From NCBI GenBank assembly GCA_048939765.1, contig JBHLPF010000004.1, positions 1-64,000 on the forward strand: DNA of 64,000 nucleotides. Direction: 5' to 3'. This DNA comes from Promethearchaeota archaeon (GTDB lineage Archaea; Asgardarchaeota; Thorarchaeia; Thorarchaeales; Thorarchaeaceae). This document shows positions 1 through 9,501 of the stretch, in pieces. The position numbers and the translations under genes were made by a program. How positions within the stretch are numbered: position 1 is the first letter of the stretch; each line of letters starts with the position of its first letter. Below the pieces are notes generated by a model. That model worked only from the letters and a program-made list of their open reading frames with translations, made no database searches and was not told the origin of the DNA.

Positions 1-140
1 ATGTCACACCCGTTAAGGTCCTTGTGATGCTTGACTGTGCAGGTGATATCTCCGGCGTCTTCTATCCCAGCCGCAATCTCTTCAGCCAGCAGCTTTGTGT
101 TTCCGAAGGTTGTGTCATAGATTACTAGTGCGTGCTTCAT
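1..140 (-). CDS. Flavodoxin-family protein (5' part; runs off window start)
   Basis: Manual translation from ATG at 140: MKHALVIYDTTFGNTKLLAEEIAAGIE..., matching the flavodoxin FMN-phosphate loop (Y.[ST]..GNT..lA..Ia). Not in the ORF track because it is truncated. Confidence 0.8.
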   Translation of the reverse strand, partial: MKHALVIYDTTFGNTKLLAEEIAAGIEDAGDITCTVKHHKDLNGCD

Positions 141-205
141 GATTATACATCTCCACTATGACATGCATAGGTGGGTTATGTTGACTGGCACTCAATAGAA
201 TTTAA

Positions 206-286
206 ACGTTTGCAAATTGTATAACGTTTGACGTTTATCAAACAATTTATAAGCAAATGATTCTACGTTTGATATGTACCAAACGT
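206..286. promoter_or_regulatory. Three tandem inverted-repeat operator sites, consensus (AC)GTTTG-N8-CAAAC(GT), in the AT-rich divergent promoter
   Basis: ACGTTTG-caaattgt-ATAACGT (206-227), ACGTTTG-acgtttat-CAAACAA (224-245), and the perfect ACGTTTG-atatgtac-CAAACGT (265-286). Confidence 0.65.
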
Positions 287-303
287 TCATGTTGTGAAGC
301 GAA

Positions 304-1512
304 ATGGTAACAACTCTCAAACAGCACGCCAATGGAATCCGACCAAAGGGGCTCGTGGATAGAGTCTTTGATGGTCTTGACACAAACATGACGCGCCTCT
401 TTATGCCGTGGGTAGCACGCCATCCACGGTACCTCCGAGCTGGCCTCAGACTTGCACGCTCGTACAAGAAGACTGAGAAGCTCAGGCAGGAGGCATTGAA
501 GTCTGGACTGAGAGTCCCTCCCTTCTTAATTCTCAGCATCACCTCACAATGCAACTTGAGCTGCGTTGGATGCTATGCCGCTGCAGTTGGCACGCTTGAG
601 AGCAGGCGTCCTACAGACTGTTCGCAGACTAGGCCAGTTCTCAACTACAATCAGTGGCGTGACATCATTGCAGATGCAAGCGAACTTGGAGTTTTCTCCT
701 TTATCATAGCGGGCGGTGAGCCCTTCCTTTTCCGTGGACTTGTCCAATTATGTGAGGAGTTCGATGATCGATTCTTCATCATCCTCACTAACGGAACTGC
801 TCTCGCAGTCAGTGACTATGCACGCCTAAAGAAGACAAAGAACATTGCCGTTATTGTCAGCGTTGAGGGTAGTGAAGAGCTCACCGATTCCCGGCGAGGC
901 AAGGGAGTGCACAAGCAAGCATTGGAGACCCTTGGAAAGCTGAAGTCCATCGGAGTTCCTTCAGGAATATCAGTCACGATAACCAGAAAGAACTACCAAT
1001 ACTGGATGACGCCAGAGAACCTGGACCGCTATGTCGACCTGGGTGTCTTGGTTGGTGTGTTCATCGAGTACATTCCGCTGATGCATGAGAACCTGACCGG
1101 AACTGGTCACGGGTCTATTGATGAGAAGTCTGAACTGATGCTTACAGCAGTGGAGAGGGATGAGTTCCGATCTAAGGTCCTTGAGTACCGCAGAGAGAAC
1201 TCCCTCTATGTCATTCACTCTCCAGGAGATGAAGACTACTTCGGAGGCTGTGTATCTGCGGGCCGAGGATTCGCGCACGTCACTCCATCGGGCGATCTTA
1301 CCGCATGTCCTGTTTCCAATCTAGCCACGCACAACCTCTCCACTGCATCCTTCAGGGATGGACTGGCAAGTCCATTGTTTGCCGCTATTCGTGAGAACGA
1401 GCATCTCCTCACAAACGAGGACACCCCTTGTGCACTCTTTGGGCATCCTGATGAGGTCCGAGAGCTCGCAGAGGCGGTGGGCGCTTACACGACAGATAGT
1501 TTGGAAGTTTGA
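304..1512 (+). CDS. Radical SAM protein with C-terminal SPASM/twitch domain
   Basis: CNLSCVGC (CxxxCxxC), GGEP and TNGT motifs; C-terminal GCVSAG...VTPSGDLTACP...C. Confidence 0.9.
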   Translation: MVTTLKQHANGIRPKGLVDRVFDGLDTNMTRLFMPWVARHPRYLRAGLRLARSYKKTEKLRQEALKSGLRVPPFLILSITSQCNLSCVGCYAAAVGTLESRRPTDCSQTRPVLNYNQWRDIIADASELGVFSFIIAGGEPFLFRGLVQLCEEFDDRFFIILTNGTALAVSDYARLKKTKNIAVIVSVEGSEELTDSRRGKGVHKQALETLGKLKSIGVPSGISVTITRKNYQYWMTPENLDRYVDLGVLVGVFIEYIPLMHENLTGTGHGSIDEKSELMLTAVERDEFRSKVLEYRRENSLYVIHSPGDEDYFGGCVSAGRGFAHVTPSGDLTACPVSNLATHNLSTASFRDGLASPLFAAIRENEHLLTNEDTPCALFGHPDEVRELAEAVGAYTTDSLEV

Positions 1513-1529
1513 TAAATTAGGTGAAAATA

Positions 1530-2438
1530 ATGTCTACGTCTTTCAACACACTTGTTGACGACATCAAGTCGAGCTTTAGGCTCGCAAGGGAAAACATGCT
1601 CAGCTATTTTCTAGCTAACCTAGGGATGCTGATTGCTGTTGTCCTTCTTTTGGGTCTAGTGATGGTACCTATAGCTGTTGCCGCGCTATTGATGGTTGGA
1701 ACCAGTCCAGCGGCATGGGAAGCAATTGGTGTAGGATTAGCAGCTTGGGCTGAGAGCAATCCTTGGGCAGTAGGCGGAGTAGCGATTCTATTCATTATTC
1801 CGTTCATAGCCCTGTTCCTTACAGTGGTTGGTTCAATCTACGGCATGAGCAAGGATCTAATCGCTCATGGTGAGACCAAGGCTGAGAGAGCCTTCTCCTG
1901 GTTCAGGCACAAGTTCCTGACCTTTGGAGGTGCTAGCGCCATTCTGACGATAATCATTGTGATTCCTCCTGTGGTTCTCTGGGGCTCTGTATCAATACTC
2001 AACGCGTACACCATACCTGCCGCATATTCTACTCTCCTCTCCGTGTCTACATTCGTCTGGGTCTTCTTCACCGTGGGTCTATGCTCAATGGTGTTCCCTG
2101 CCATCACATACGGCAAGGGCGTCCAGGATGCCTTCAAGGAGTCGTTCCGCCTAGCACGAGAGCGCTTTGACCATGTATATGGTCTATTGAGTGCCATAGT
2201 TGTCATGGCTGTTGCATCATATGGTCCCGTGATTATCTGGGGCCTTACTGTACCCCTTTCAGGTGTGATTGTGTTTGATGTAGTGTCGATAGCAATCATG
2301 GTCTGGACTGTCTTAGTGACTTTCCTTTGGCTCTTGGTCCTACTGCCTATGACTATCATCGTATTCACGAAAGTCTATGCCGAGATGACCGGTGGTCAGG
2401 TGGCAACCGAGAGACCTCTCCCAATCCCCTTTGTTTAG
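1530..2438 (+). CDS. Polytopic membrane protein of unknown function (paralog of the next gene)
   Basis: About 6 hydrophobic segments. SD AGGTGA precedes ATG 1530 (the track start is GTG 1521). Shares LVdDlK.SF..A..N.LS, WF/YR.KF and MVFPAI blocks with the next ORF. Confidence 0.8.
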   Translation: MSTSFNTLVDDIKSSFRLARENMLSYFLANLGMLIAVVLLLGLVMVPIAVAALLMVGTSPAAWEAIGVGLAAWAESNPWAVGGVAILFIIPFIALFLTVVGSIYGMSKDLIAHGETKAERAFSWFRHKFLTFGGASAILTIIIVIPPVVLWGSVSILNAYTIPAAYSTLLSVSTFVWVFFTVGLCSMVFPAITYGKGVQDAFKESFRLARERFDHVYGLLSAIVVMAVASYGPVIIWGLTVPLSGVIVFDVVSIAIMVWTVLVTFLWLLVLLPMTIIVFTKVYAEMTGGQVATERPLPIPFV

Positions 2439-2511
2439 GAGGTTTCCAATCTGAGAGTGCCTCGAATGACTTTTCAAAGGGGCACTCTCTACCAATTTAT
2501 GGGGTGATACA

Positions 2512-3444
2512 ATGAGCAACAAAAACGCAAGCATTGGAGTATTGGTGGAGGACCTTAAGGTCAGCTTCAAGTTCGCCGTGAAAAACATACTTTCTTTCCT
2601 TCTAGGGATGATCGGAGTCATCATTGTGACTCTTGTCGTAATGTTGATTGGATTCGCAATAGTATCCATCCCCCTCCTCTTTGCGCTGGGTGGACCAGAG
2701 GGCTTTGTGGCTTTCTTTGAATCTCTAGGTGTAGTCATGGAAGCAGTCTTCGTAGCACAACCAGATCCTGCAGCAGCTCTTCTTGGAATCTTTGCAATAG
2801 TGCTCCTAGTGACTCCATTCTTCGTTGCTATTGGTGTTGTCTTTGGAATGGGAAGAGAGATTGTTGAAAGCGCAGGAACTAGTGCTGAAGGAGTCTTTGT
2901 CTGGTATCGTAAGAAGTTCTTCTCTCTGGCAGGCGGGGGGATTGTCATATTCGCAATTATTGGCTTACCCCTCTTTCTAGTATATGGTGGTCTCTTTCTT
3001 GCTGGCTATGTTGTCACTGGTCTTCCTGGTGCGATTCTTGCTGGTTTCAGCGCATTATGGATCATGCTCTCGTCTGGAATGATGACCATGGTGTTCCCTG
3101 CCATTATCGACAACTACTCTGTTATAGATGCAACTCGTCAGTCGATTCGCCTGTCACTGAAATACTTCGACAGAGTGTTCTCTACCTGGTTCACTTTCAT
3201 CCTGATTATAGCTCTCATGTTTGCACCAGTTGCTATGGGGATTGCGGCATTTACAGTGCCATCTCTGGGATTCGATTTCATTGGAGCTGCAGTGTATGCC
3301 GTCATTGCAGCATTCGTTCTGGTGCTCGTTGTTCTCCCAGCATTGGTGATTGCTCTAAGTAGGCTCTACATGATCCTGAGCGGCATTGAAGTTTCAGCTG
3401 TACGTGATGTTGAGCCCGATGTCAGTCTTGTTGGAGGTATGTGA
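2512..3444 (+). CDS. Polytopic membrane protein of unknown function (tandem paralog)
   Basis: SD GGGGTGA; about 6 TM segments; visible paralogy to 1530-2438. Confidence 0.8.
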   Translation: MSNKNASIGVLVEDLKVSFKFAVKNILSFLLGMIGVIIVTLVVMLIGFAIVSIPLLFALGGPEGFVAFFESLGVVMEAVFVAQPDPAAALLGIFAIVLLVTPFFVAIGVVFGMGREIVESAGTSAEGVFVWYRKKFFSLAGGGIVIFAIIGLPLFLVYGGLFLAGYVVTGLPGAILAGFSALWIMLSSGMMTMVFPAIIDNYSVIDATRQSIRLSLKYFDRVFSTWFTFILIIALMFAPVAMGIAAFTVPSLGFDFIGAAVYAVIAAFVLVLVVLPALVIALSRLYMILSGIEVSAVRDVEPDVSLVGGM

Positions 3445-3447
3445 ATC

Positions 3448-4092
3448 GTGGAAAACGGGTCAACGACAGTTCCTATGAAGGACTTGCAGGTAATCACAGA
3501 TGCCAAGAAGATCAAGGTTCTCTTCGAACCAACAAGAGCGAGTATTGTCTTTCAATACTTGGTAAATGGTTCTTACACTGTCAAACAGCTTTCGGAAGAA
3601 CTTGATAAGAACCCCGGCACAATCCTCCATCACATACAGAAGCTGCAGGACATAGGCGTTGTTGTCCAAGAACGTACAGAGATGACGACAACTGGTATAG
3701 TTCAAAGGTATTACCGTGCAACAGCCAAAGAATACCGTCTAGGTATTAGTGGAATGATGGAAGCTAATGGCGGAGTTGCACAGTTCGCCAAGAAACGACT
3801 CGAGTCCATTGTAAGAAGCCTCTCAGTCTATGGCATAGAGATTCCAGAGTCTCAGAAAGAGAAGGCTATGGACGTTTTGAGGAAGTTGATTGAACGGGAG
3901 AATGCTGTAATCTCCCAACTGCCGATTGCAGATGAGAAGGAGTACCGCAAGCTCCCCACTTCCGTTAGAGGCGATGCGTCCCGAATCATGCGTCGCTTTT
4001 CTCTGGAGGAAGATTCGGAATATCAAAAGCTGCGAGAAGAGTGGCACCGTTTCCTCCGATCGCATCGCAAGGTAGGTAAAGAAAATGACTAG
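3448..4092 (+). CDS. ArsR-like winged-helix transcription regulator
   Basis: LFEPTRASIV...TVKQLSEELDKNPGTILHHIQKLQDIGVV...RYYRATA is a typical archaeal wHTH. Confidence 0.85.
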   Translation: MENGSTTVPMKDLQVITDAKKIKVLFEPTRASIVFQYLVNGSYTVKQLSEELDKNPGTILHHIQKLQDIGVVVQERTEMTTTGIVQRYYRATAKEYRLGISGMMEANGGVAQFAKKRLESIVRSLSVYGIEIPESQKEKAMDVLRKLIERENAVISQLPIADEKEYRKLPTSVRGDASRIMRRFSLEEDSEYQKLREEWHRFLRSHRKVGKEND

Positions 4093-4843
4093 TTACGAAA
4101 GAAACACTGGAATGGTAGTGTGTATTATTGGAGTAATGGTAATTGGTGCGGTCCTTGTAGGCGCCTTCACGTACTTCGGTCCTACAACTTGGGGCTGGTT
4201 CTTTGGAGATGACACAGTGTATTATCATTTTGACAATACTGTGGACAATACCACTGGATCTGTCACTCTTGACGTTGATCTCACAACAGGTAGCGTCAAC
4301 ATAGACTTTGAAGACAATATCACACTGTTGTATAGGATTGATCTTGGAGTCAGCAACCGGACTGTCCAAGAGATTGGTGCTCCTACAGTAACCTTCCTCG
4401 CCAACACAATAGCACTTGACTATACGACATCAGCTGTCAATGTCACGTTGGGGAGTGGTGTCAACTATACACTGGATATTACGACTGAAACTGGTGCTGT
4501 TGACTGTGATGTCACACTGGGTGCTTATATCGGCGACGTTACAATTACGACTGGCACTGGAAGCATTGACTTTTTCATGGGTAATGGCGTTGCTGTCCTA
4601 GGAAGTCCAGACTTCAACTTCGAAACCACTACTGGTACAATTGATTTGAATATTGTACTCCCCACTGGAATTGGAGGCAGCATCGAAGCTGCTGTTGGGA
4701 CCGGATCAGTAGATATCGATGCCCCTGGATGGACTGAGATAACTTCGCGCCACTTTGAATCCACTGACTATGATACAGCTAGCCAGAAAGTGACCGTAGT
4801 TGTCGAAACTGGGACTGGAACAGTTGATGCCCACATCAACTGA
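4085..4843 (+). CDS. Membrane-anchored DUF4097/adhesin-like beta-strand-repeat protein
   Basis: N-terminal TM, followed by repeated T.TG.V/I.I units (TTGSV, ETGAV, GTGSI, TTGTI, GTGSV, GTGTV). Confidence 0.7.
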   Translation: MTSYERNTGMVVCIIGVMVIGAVLVGAFTYFGPTTWGWFFGDDTVYYHFDNTVDNTTGSVTLDVDLTTGSVNIDFEDNITLLYRIDLGVSNRTVQEIGAPTVTFLANTIALDYTTSAVNVTLGSGVNYTLDITTETGAVDCDVTLGAYIGDVTITTGTGSIDFFMGNGVAVLGSPDFNFETTTGTIDLNIVLPTGIGGSIEAAVGTGSVDIDAPGWTEITSRHFESTDYDTASQKVTVVVETGTGTVDAHIN

Positions 4844-4857
4844 ATTCTGGTCTTATT

Positions 4858-4892
4858 GAGGAGGCAATTCCTCCTCCCTCTCTTTCTTTTTT
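4858..4892 (+). terminator. Hairpin plus T-rich terminator of the radical-SAM operon
   Basis: GAGGAG-gcaattc-CTCCTC followed by CCTCTCTTTCTTTTTT. Confidence 0.6.
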
Positions 4893-4919
4893 CATTCAGA
4901 TGAAGAATCGTAGCTCGAT

Positions 4920-5399
4920 TCATTGCTTTCTGAGTACCACTGATGTTTCAAGCTGGCGCTCAGGGATATCCCAATACTTCAGGAGTAATTCATCTCCTTG
5001 TGACTTCTCCAATAGAGTATAGCCATTCTTTTCATAGAATGATATCGCCCAAGTAGCAGCCATCCAAGTGCCGACGAGGATAGGAGTAGTAATTCCAGCC
5101 TCAAGTTTCTTGAGCATCATGGTCCCTATCCCCTTTTGGCGATGGCGTGTCTGGACGTATGCATGGCGTATAAGATGGACATCTCCTTTATCCTGAATGC
5201 CCATTACTCCACATAGTCCCGTTCCATCATCATACCCCCAGAAGACCACTCCTGAATCAATCTCATGCCGCAAATAAGCTGCCGACATATATGGTTCCTG
5301 CCAACGGTCTTCAGGAATCACTCCCTTGTACGCTTTGGCGGCATCATTGATGATCTCATAGATTCTCTGGAAATCAGTTGATTCGCACTTACGTATCAC
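4920..5399 (-). CDS. GNAT N-acetyltransferase
   Basis: YVQTRHRQKGIGTMML acetyl-CoA motif A; AISFYEKNGY motif B. Confidence 0.88.
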   Translation of the reverse strand: MIRKCESTDFQRIYEIINDAAKAYKGVIPEDRWQEPYMSAAYLRHEIDSGVVFWGYDDGTGLCGVMGIQDKGDVHLIRHAYVQTRHRQKGIGTMMLKKLEAGITTPILVGTWMAATWAISFYEKNGYTLLEKSQGDELLLKYWDIPERQLETSVVLRKQ

Positions 5400-5494
5400 T
5401 AGCGCTTCTCCCCAATCGTCATTATTTGAGTTCGTGAATCTAAAAGAGAAAATGCAAAATACCTTTTAAGAGATTACAGTTGTAGAGGCTTGTA

Positions 5495-6097
5495 ATGTCC
5501 GACCATCATGACGATATTGACATGTCGGAGGTCTATCAGTTACCACACCAGAAAGTTAGTCTTTCGGATTTTCCACTTGGTGAGGAATGGATTCTTGACA
5601 TTGGAGGCGGCGGAGAAGGCATCATTGGCAGAATAAAGGGGCGTCAGGTAGTTGCCATTGACAAGCGGAAGCCTGAGTTAGAAGGAACTAATAGTGATGC
5701 ATTGAAGCTTGTTATGGATGCCAGAGAGCTACAGTTCTTGGAGAACTCCTTCGGAACAGTGACAATCTTCTTCACGTTGATGTACATGCCGCTGAAAGAC
5801 CTTGACACCATATTCTCTGAGATTGCACGTGTCCTCAAGCCTGGCGGCGAACTGATGATGTGGGATGTCAACGTAGAGATCCCACCAGACTTGGATCCCA
5901 AGATCAAGTATTTCATGGTGCCTCTGACTGTGACCTTCCCGGATGGCACAAGCAACGAAACTGGATATGGTGCTTACATTCGGAATCAGAACATGGATTC
6001 CTTTGTCACTGTTGCTGCAGCACATGGATTCGAACTGGAAGAAACCAAGGCGGATGACCTAACATTCTATGCTCGACTTAGTCTACGCAAAGGTTAG
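5495..6097 (+). CDS. Class I SAM-dependent methyltransferase
   Basis: ILDIGGGGEG, MDARELQF..NSF, EIARVLKPGG. Confidence 0.88.
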   Translation: MSDHHDDIDMSEVYQLPHQKVSLSDFPLGEEWILDIGGGGEGIIGRIKGRQVVAIDKRKPELEGTNSDALKLVMDARELQFLENSFGTVTIFFTLMYMPLKDLDTIFSEIARVLKPGGELMMWDVNVEIPPDLDPKIKYFMVPLTVTFPDGTSNETGYGAYIRNQNMDSFVTVAAAHGFELEETKADDLTFYARLSLRKG

Positions 6098-6191
6098 GTC
6101 TTGCCACTCAATCAGATTTCAACTGCTTGTGTCACAAAGTTCATATTCGATTACCTAGCGGACCGCCTATTCTTCTTCTGGAGGCTAATGG

Positions 6192-9100
6192 ATGTCCAGC
6201 AGACACACCAAGAATAGGGTCAGAGACTTCGAGTTGACTAATGAGGATGCTGCCCGTCTGGCGGAGTGCCTCACAAGCTTCAACGACTCTGACTCCTGGC
6301 CTGGAGGTTTCAATGAGGGAAATCCTTTCACTGCAGAAGAGGTTCTGGACTTCAATAGGAAGACAGATGATATTCGTGTCATCGTTGCATATGAGGGAAG
6401 CAGAATCGTTGGCCACTGTAATGTATGCCCACATCCCCAAGACCTCGAGGCAGCATATGTAGGTCTCTTAGGAGTGAATCCTGCATTTCAAGGGAAAGGC
6501 TATGGGAAGGCCATGCTGATTGAGGCGGCTGAAACCGCCGCAAAGGCTGGCTTTCGCCGTATTGATTTGCACACCTGGGCTGGCAACCTGAAGGCAGTCC
6601 CTCTCTACAAACGAGTTGGATACAACTGGGTCCCCAATACACGGGTGTTGATGGAATCACATATTCCCGGAATAATCAACAATCCTCTATTCCAGGAGTT
6701 CTTTAATCGTCATTATTGGTATGATGCCTACAAGCCCATAATAAGGCAGGAACCGGATGACATTGTCGAGGAGGGCATTGGCATCTTCAAGTATCATTTC
6801 GAGGGCGAGAATGGTGACACCCTTGATGTGACCATTGACAGAGAGGCAAAGGGTATCTGCGGCTTTGCATTGACCCTTGATGGACAGACAATATCTGCCA
6901 AGGTTGTCCCTGAAACCCATACCGGCTTCATTGCGGTTGGAGCGTATCCCTTTGAAATCAAAGTCATCAATGGGGGACCTAAAGAGCTCCCCTACAAGAT
7001 AATTGCCACTCCATCAGAGAACTTCACTGTCAAGACTGATAGTGATATGTCTGGAGTGCTTGCTCCAGGTGAAGAGGCATCTCTGGTTGGAACCTATGCC
7101 ATTTCAAGCAAAACGAAGCACGTTGACCGAGAGACCAATCCGGATGAGAAAGTCAAGACTCAGGTAGAGTGGTCATTGAATCTTGGAACGGTTCAGACGA
7201 AGTTGTACAGTGGACTAGTGCCGGTGGCTGCAGTAAGCCTAAGCATGGGGCCAACATATCCCTGTCTATCTCCAGGGGAGTCGGGTGTTGTTGCGCTTGG
7301 GTATCAAAACAATACAGGCAGCTCGCTTACAGGTGTTATTGAACTCGAAGCACCTGCATCACAGAATCTAGGAGTTGAGAGGATCGAGTATTCGCTAGCG
7401 GCGCATGAACAATCAGAGCATGCGCTCTCTCTAATTGCAGATTCCGAAACAATGGCAGCTGTGATACCCATCAAGGTGTCAGTATATGTCCGCAATGGAT
7501 CTAATCTGACCCTGATTGATAAGAAGCGTGTCAGCATCCCAATAATTGGCGTCGGTGGGACAATAGCTTACGAAGCAATCAATGAAAGAATCGTGATTGA
7601 GAACGAGCAGCTGCGCGCTGCAATCAGCAGCAGGCCTCCTATGTACTTCAGAGAGATTGAAAACAAAGTTACACGCGAAGTCGTAACTGGCTGGTTTCTC
7701 TTCCCTGAGCTGGGCTATCCCTTTCCAAATGAAGGTGGCGAATGGGACCGAAAGGAGTTCGATGTCAAGGTCACAAACGAAGAGGACCACTCACAGATTG
7801 ATCTCGAGGGTGACTCCACTGACAGGCCTGGCTTAAGATATCGAATCTCTCATCGGCTCTACCCCAGCAGAGACTACATCGAAACAAGAGTGTCATTGAT
7901 GAATCTTGGAACTGAAACATATGCGAATCTGGGTGTTCGAATAGGTGGTTGGACGCGAGTTGAATTTCCGGAGCTAATCGTTCCATTGAGGGGTCGAATC
8001 CATATACTGGACTCACCCGAATGGACAGGCGGGGGTCAGCTTCCCCACAAACCTGACGCATATCATGAACACTGGATAGCTATGACCAATTCCGCAGAAG
8101 GATTGGTAGCAGGAATCATATATGATTCTGAGGGTGTTGCTGAGATCAGACCTAGACGTTCAGATGGGCTTCCATTGGTAGAATATGGCCTCCCAGACCT
8201 TAAGCCCGGAGAGTCAGTCGAAAAGGACATTCTCCGCCTCATTATGACGAATGGCATTTGGCATGATGTTCGTGCGCTCTGGGCTCGATTGAATGGAAAG
8301 CCCCTTGAAGCACTGGAATCCCATGATATCCGCTCTGATCTGGAAGTGGCCATAGTCCCAAGCGGTGCCGAACCGCATCGCCTCAATGGGTCGCCGCTAC
8401 TTCTTGATGCTGCGAAAGCCAATGAATTTGACCTCAGCGTGCATGTCATTCATGAAACTCCAATTGATGTTGATGTCAAGGTAAGAATGCCCAGAGGATT
8501 GCTGGCGAATGGTAAGAGGGAGCTGGAATTGGAAACCACTAGCGTGGGAATTGACCAACCCCTCAAGAAAAAACTCGAAATCAAAACCGAGCGTCTTGAT
8601 GCATGGCTTAGGCGGGAAGGAGAGATCGAGCTAGAGTTTGGAAATAGAATCAAGAGGATACCATTTATTGCGATTATCTATGACTCAGATGTCAAAGTAG
8701 AGAAGAAGGTGGAGGCGGTTGAAGGCTTGAAACTCCATACTCTGCTTTCAAATGGCTGGCAGATGGCGGTGTCCCCTGACTATGCTGGTAGCTTGGTTAG
8801 ATTTGGCAGAGACGGGCAAAGCGTCTTCCACGACACCTTCCCAAAATCTGAGCCCTTCATATGGTGGGACCGCTATTTCAGCGGGCTGAACCCGTGGATA
8901 CAGGGATGGAGCGTCTGGGACTGGGAGAGCGCATTTTGGAAAGAGTCTTGGATGATATCTGATAGAGAGATTGGTCAATGGAAAGGATTCGAGATGACCA
9001 CTGAGATGAAGCACAGCCCTGGCCTCAAGGGAATGGTGTTTTCAGCTCGTTTCATGACTGTTCCGGGATTGCCTCTTATGCAGGTTGAACTGACCGCCAG

Positions 9101-9497
9101 CAACTTATCGGGCCAGTGGAAGCGGTTCAACTATGGACTTCGTGGTACGGCTCGACCGGCAAGTAGAGTACAGAACAAAATGCATAGCGTCACCAATGGG
9201 CAACGAATCACCTACGAACCAACTGAGAACCGTGCACGCCTGTTTCCGGATTCCCGTGCCGGATGGGTCGCCTACGGAGACAAAGCAAGTGGCGAAGTCC
9301 TCGGAGTGATCTCAACACTCAAGACAAAGCCAAGTCTATCCGGACTTAATATTGGTCGTGATGCCCAGATGATGATCACTCAGGAAACAGTGAGCCTAAG
9401 GCCAAATGAAGTGGCGACATCCACAACATACTTCGTGATTGTGGAGGATGAGGCGGACATCCCTCTCATCAAGAATCTGCCAAAGGACATTCATTGA
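6192..9497 (+). CDS. Large multidomain protein with N-terminal GNAT domain
   Basis: LGVNPAFQGKGYGKAML and N.KAVPLYKRVGY in the first ~150 aa, then ~950 aa of beta-rich/Ig-like sequence. Confidence 0.8.
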   Translation: MSSRHTKNRVRDFELTNEDAARLAECLTSFNDSDSWPGGFNEGNPFTAEEVLDFNRKTDDIRVIVAYEGSRIVGHCNVCPHPQDLEAAYVGLLGVNPAFQGKGYGKAMLIEAAETAAKAGFRRIDLHTWAGNLKAVPLYKRVGYNWVPNTRVLMESHIPGIINNPLFQEFFNRHYWYDAYKPIIRQEPDDIVEEGIGIFKYHFEGENGDTLDVTIDREAKGICGFALTLDGQTISAKVVPETHTGFIAVGAYPFEIKVINGGPKELPYKIIATPSENFTVKTDSDMSGVLAPGEEASLVGTYAISSKTKHVDRETNPDEKVKTQVEWSLNLGTVQTKLYSGLVPVAAVSLSMGPTYPCLSPGESGVVALGYQNNTGSSLTGVIELEAPASQNLGVERIEYSLAAHEQSEHALSLIADSETMAAVIPIKVSVYVRNGSNLTLIDKKRVSIPIIGVGGTIAYEAINERIVIENEQLRAAISSRPPMYFREIENKVTREVVTGWFLFPELGYPFPNEGGEWDRKEFDVKVTNEEDHSQIDLEGDSTDRPGLRYRISHRLYPSRDYIETRVSLMNLGTETYANLGVRIGGWTRVEFPELIVPLRGRIHILDSPEWTGGGQLPHKPDAYHEHWIAMTNSAEGLVAGIIYDSEGVAEIRPRRSDGLPLVEYGLPDLKPGESVEKDILRLIMTNGIWHDVRALWARLNGKPLEALESHDIRSDLEVAIVPSGAEPHRLNGSPLLLDAAKANEFDLSVHVIHETPIDVDVKVRMPRGLLANGKRELELETTSVGIDQPLKKKLEIKTERLDAWLRREGEIELEFGNRIKRIPFIAIIYDSDVKVEKKVEAVEGLKLHTLLSNGWQMAVSPDYAGSLVRFGRDGQSVFHDTFPKSEPFIWWDRYFSGLNPWIQGWSVWDWESAFWKESWMISDREIGQWKGFEMTTEMKHSPGLKGMVFSARFMTVPGLPLMQVELTASNLSGQWKRFNYGLRGTARPASRVQNKMHSVTNGQRITYEPTENRARLFPDSRAGWVAYGDKASGEVLGVISTLKTKPSLSGLNIGRDAQMMITQETVSLRPNEVATSTTYFVIVEDEADIPLIKNLPKDIH

Positions 9498-9501
9498 TAC
9501 C

